From: Bdellovibrionota bacterium FG-2
GTDB taxonomy: Bacteria; Bdellovibrionota; UBA1018
Assembly: GCA_051382305.1 (NCBI GenBank)
Contig: JBBCAV010000055.1
Span: 1-19,763 of the forward strand
Reading direction: 5' to 3'
Length of the DNA: 19,763 bases
Shown one piece after another: positions 17,678 to 19,763 of this stretch. The notes beneath the pieces are model-generated. The model was given only the letters and a program-made list of their open reading frames with translations, ran no database searches and was not told where the DNA came from. Each line of letters begins with the position of its first letter. Position 1 is the stretch's first letter. Both the position numbers and the translations under genes were made by a program.

Positions 17678-17704
17678 GTCCGTCATGCAAATCTCGTGAC
17701 GGAC
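17678..17704. other. 8-bp inverted repeat upstream of hsp20
   Basis: GTCCGTCA-N11-TGACGGAC. Confidence 0.55.
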
Positions 17705-17714
17705 GCTACGCTCC

Positions 17715-18293
17715 CTAAGCCACTTTTGAATGTCTGCCCTCTTTACCAATCCGATCAACGGTGCTCGCTTGGGGACCTTTATCCCCCATCTCCTCGAAAA
17801 TACGAACCTCGTCCCCGAGTTCCAACTCGCCAAACTCTTCATTGAGAACACTATTTTGATGGAAGTAGATTTCCCGTCCATCTTTTGTCTCTAGAAAACC
17901 ACACTGCTCGTTAGGAAAGAGCAGTGTCACCTTGGCGTGCAAGGGTGCCTCATGGTGCCGCTTCTTGCCACGAAAATGAATTCGAACGTAGTCCTCAAGC
18001 TGACGCCTGGCTGCCTCAAACGCATCCCGAATACTGACATATATATCCCCGTGCGCATGATGCTCAGAAGGGTCTCTACGAACAACAAGCTTTCGTCCGG
18101 GGATGACTATATCAATGCGCACATGATAGAGATTGCCTTGATGGCGTCGAAGTTCAGAGGGCTCTAGGAGGACACGAACAGACATAATGGAAGGAAAATA
18201 CCTTTCCAACCTAGCCACTTTATTGCGCACGGTTGCCGCGACAAACGGTGAATAGGCAAGATGTCGAAAAGAAACCTGCGTTGGAATTGTCAT
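17715..18293 (-). CDS. HPF/RaiA ribosome-associated protein fused to a C-terminal cold-shock domain
   Basis: QVSFRHL...KVARLER...YHVRIDIVIPG...DIYVSIRDAFEAARRQL (HPF) followed by GFLETKDGREIYFHQNSV...GDKGPQAS (CSD). GAGGAG RBS. Confidence 0.9.
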   Translation of the reverse strand: MTIPTQVSFRHLAYSPFVAATVRNKVARLERYFPSIMSVRVLLEPSELRRHQGNLYHVRIDIVIPGRKLVVRRDPSEHHAHGDIYVSIRDAFEAARRQLEDYVRIHFRGKKRHHEAPLHAKVTLLFPNEQCGFLETKDGREIYFHQNSVLNEEFGELELGDEVRIFEEMGDKGPQASTVDRIGKEGRHSKVA

Positions 18294-18454
18294 TTCAACT
18301 CCTCTTTGGATGGTTCGATTGGCTGTGTTTCTGGAGGTGATATCTCCGGGGACTTCGTCGGTTCGATCTCTGGAGCTTCGGAAGGATTTATCTCTGGCTG
18401 AGGCTCGGAGCTTGGGAATTCGGGTGGCGAATTTTGGAACGGATACTCTGTCAT
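18290..18454 (-). CDS. Unannotated 54-aa Pro/Glu-rich repeat peptide
   Basis: MTEYPFQNSPPEFPSSEPQPEINPSEAPEIEPTKSPEISPPETQPIEPSKEELK*. It has ATGA overlaps at both ends and a GAGGT RBS upstream. It is shorter than any ORF listed in the track. Confidence 0.75.
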   Translation of the reverse strand: MTEYPFQNSPPEFPSSEPQPEINPSEAPEIEPTKSPEISPPETQPIEPSKEELK

Positions 18455-19092
18455 GCGGCGACCTCTCTAGGAGAGCTTAAAATCATAGCAACCTCTTCGT
18501 CTGAGACCTCTGGAAACTCCTCATAGAACTGACTAATGGCCCGGAGATTTCTCGGTACGTCCAAGAAAATGACTTCGTCTGCTTCTTTTCCAAGCATTTT
18601 GGCCGCCTCCTGCGAAGCCACCGGTGCTGCAACAATGATGCATTTTGCTTTTTGATTGCGAACAGATCGAACAGCGGCGAGCATTGTGGCACCGGTTGCA
18701 ATGCCATCATCGATGATAATCACCGTACGCCCGGAAGGACTAACCGGCTGACGCATGGGCGTATACCAAGCTCTTCGCTTCTTTATTGTCTTCATTTCCT
18801 GCGCCACGGCCCTCTGGAGATACTCATCGGAATAGCCATATAAGTCTCTCGCTTCACTGAGGTATGTATTTCCAAACTCTGAGACTGCGCCGATTGCAAA
18901 TTCCGGATTATCCGGGGCCCCAATTTTTCTGACCAGAACGACATCGAAATCACACCGAAGTTCATCCGCGATAAGTTTTCCCATCGGCACCGCACCCCGT
19001 GGGATTGCCAGCACAATAGGCTGCTTGTTTCGAAATTTGTTCAGTTTGTGAACCAGTAGACGAGCCGCATTTTCTCGATTGCTAAAAATCAT
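18451..19092 (-). CDS. Phosphoribosyltransferase-family protein (213 aa)
   Basis: Start re-called at ATG 19092 (GAGG RBS). Motifs VLAIPRGAVP, RKIGAPDNPEFAIGA, IIIDDGIATGAT (PRPP loop) and AISQFYEEF. Confidence 0.92.
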   Translation of the reverse strand: MIFSNRENAARLLVHKLNKFRNKQPIVLAIPRGAVPMGKLIADELRCDFDVVLVRKIGAPDNPEFAIGAVSEFGNTYLSEARDLYGYSDEYLQRAVAQEMKTIKKRRAWYTPMRQPVSPSGRTVIIIDDGIATGATMLAAVRSVRNQKAKCIIVAAPVASQEAAKMLGKEADEVIFLDVPRNLRAISQFYEEFPEVSDEEVAMILSSPREVAA

Positions 19093-19116
19093 AATGCCTC
19101 GGTTCACGCAATTTTG

Positions 19117-19133
19117 AGCAAGGTTTATGCCTA
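19117..19133 (-). promoter_or_regulatory. Putative sigma54 (-24/-12) promoter of the stress operon
   Basis: Minus strand TAGGCATAAACCTTGCT has GG-N10-GC spacing with GGCA and TTGCT cores, ending about 25 nt upstream of ATG 19092. Confidence 0.6.
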
Positions 19134-19201
19134 ATCGAGACAGCCGAGAAGTCAACTATTGACACACAGCCACGCCCGTCACAGAATAGCAAGCAACCCC
19201 T

Positions 19202-19664
19202 ATGGATCTTGGCGCCATCCTCATCACTCTTTCGGTCACGGCCTGTATCAAGATCATCGTGAATCATCGTGATGTTATTTTCGGCTCGGATTCTTCTGCG
19301 CTTTTATGGAGCCGCATTTACGAGCCATCCCAAGAAACTCTGGTACCTTCTTCCCAAAGAAGATCTTCCCGAGATTCGCATTCTCTATTGGTCTTTGATT
19401 TGTTTTTTTATCTCTGAGCTCTTCTGTGGAATCGAAACCTATATTATATGGCAAACTTCCGCATTTCTTCGCGGGGTTCACGCGATTACTTCGGCTTTAG
19501 GAATGGTACTTTTTGCCTTTCAGGTCTTGGAGTTTCATGTCTTTCCCGTTCTCGTGATTCTATTCGGAATTCTTGCGATTGCACTTAGAAAGAACAGGAA
19601 AATTTGGGGCATTAGACTCAATGGCAGCCGGATAAGCCCGTTCACCTCGCCGCCGTCGGCGTGA
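19202..19664 (+). pseudogene. Membrane protein gene frameshifted by a 10-bp tandem duplication
   Basis: ATCATCGTGA occurs twice (19253-19262 and 19263-19272). Removing one copy fuses track ORFs 19202.. and 19269..19664 into one 150-aa hydrophobic protein. Confidence 0.75.
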
Positions 19665-19706
19665 TCTGATAAAATTGTTGCGGATTTTAGGATTGAGGGT
19701 ACAAAT

Positions 19707-19736
19707 AAAAAAGCCCGGACTAAGATTCCGAGCTTT
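19707..19736 (-). terminator. Rho-independent terminator for a minus-strand transcript entering from the right
   Basis: Minus strand reads AAAGCTCGGA-ATCTTAG-TCCGGGCTTTTTT: a stem with one G-U pair, followed by a U6 tract. Confidence 0.75.
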
Positions 19737-19763
19737 AAATAACGTTACTTTAACTACCCCAAC

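Noticed and set aside
17685-17702. Sigma54-like site CGTCACGAGATTTGCA upstream of hsp20 (minus strand)
   Set aside because: It has GT instead of the essential GG at -24.
19737-19763. 3' end of a minus-strand gene at the right edge
   Set aside because: The terminator implies one, but 27 nt is too short to assign a frame or product.

Overview
This is a gene-dense bacterial window. The gene content and style (Cys-rich secreted hypotheticals, Spt, deltaproteobacterial-type CusA) suggest Bdellovibrionota/Oligoflexia, but that is inference only. From left to right it holds: (1) two tandem, translationally coupled, paralogous secreted Ala/Gly/Cys-rich proteins on the minus strand, the left one missed by the ORF track and running off the edge; (2) a vapBC toxin-antitoxin pair with a clear sigma70 promoter and palindromic operator; (3) a small beta-barrel-like protein; (4) a two-gene secreted module whose larger gene has a clan CD (caspase/legumain/CHAT-like) His-Cys signature; (5) a TolC-cusB-cusA-DUF3347 Cu(I)/Ag(I) efflux operon whose adaptor appears to lack the lipoyl domain; (6) a putative sphingolipid/ceramide module of serine palmitoyltransferase and bCerS/YghO-like acyltransferase with a divergent classical SDR; (7) a probable sigma54-driven stress/dormancy operon (phosphoribosyltransferase, an unannotated 54-aa Pro/Glu repeat peptide, HPF-cold-shock fusion, Hsp20, GroEL without GroES) in which the four larger products end in VAA/KVA/EAA tails; (8) a membrane-protein gene frameshifted by an exact 10-bp tandem duplication, followed by a minus-strand terminator. 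No RNA genes, CRISPR arrays or transposases were seen.
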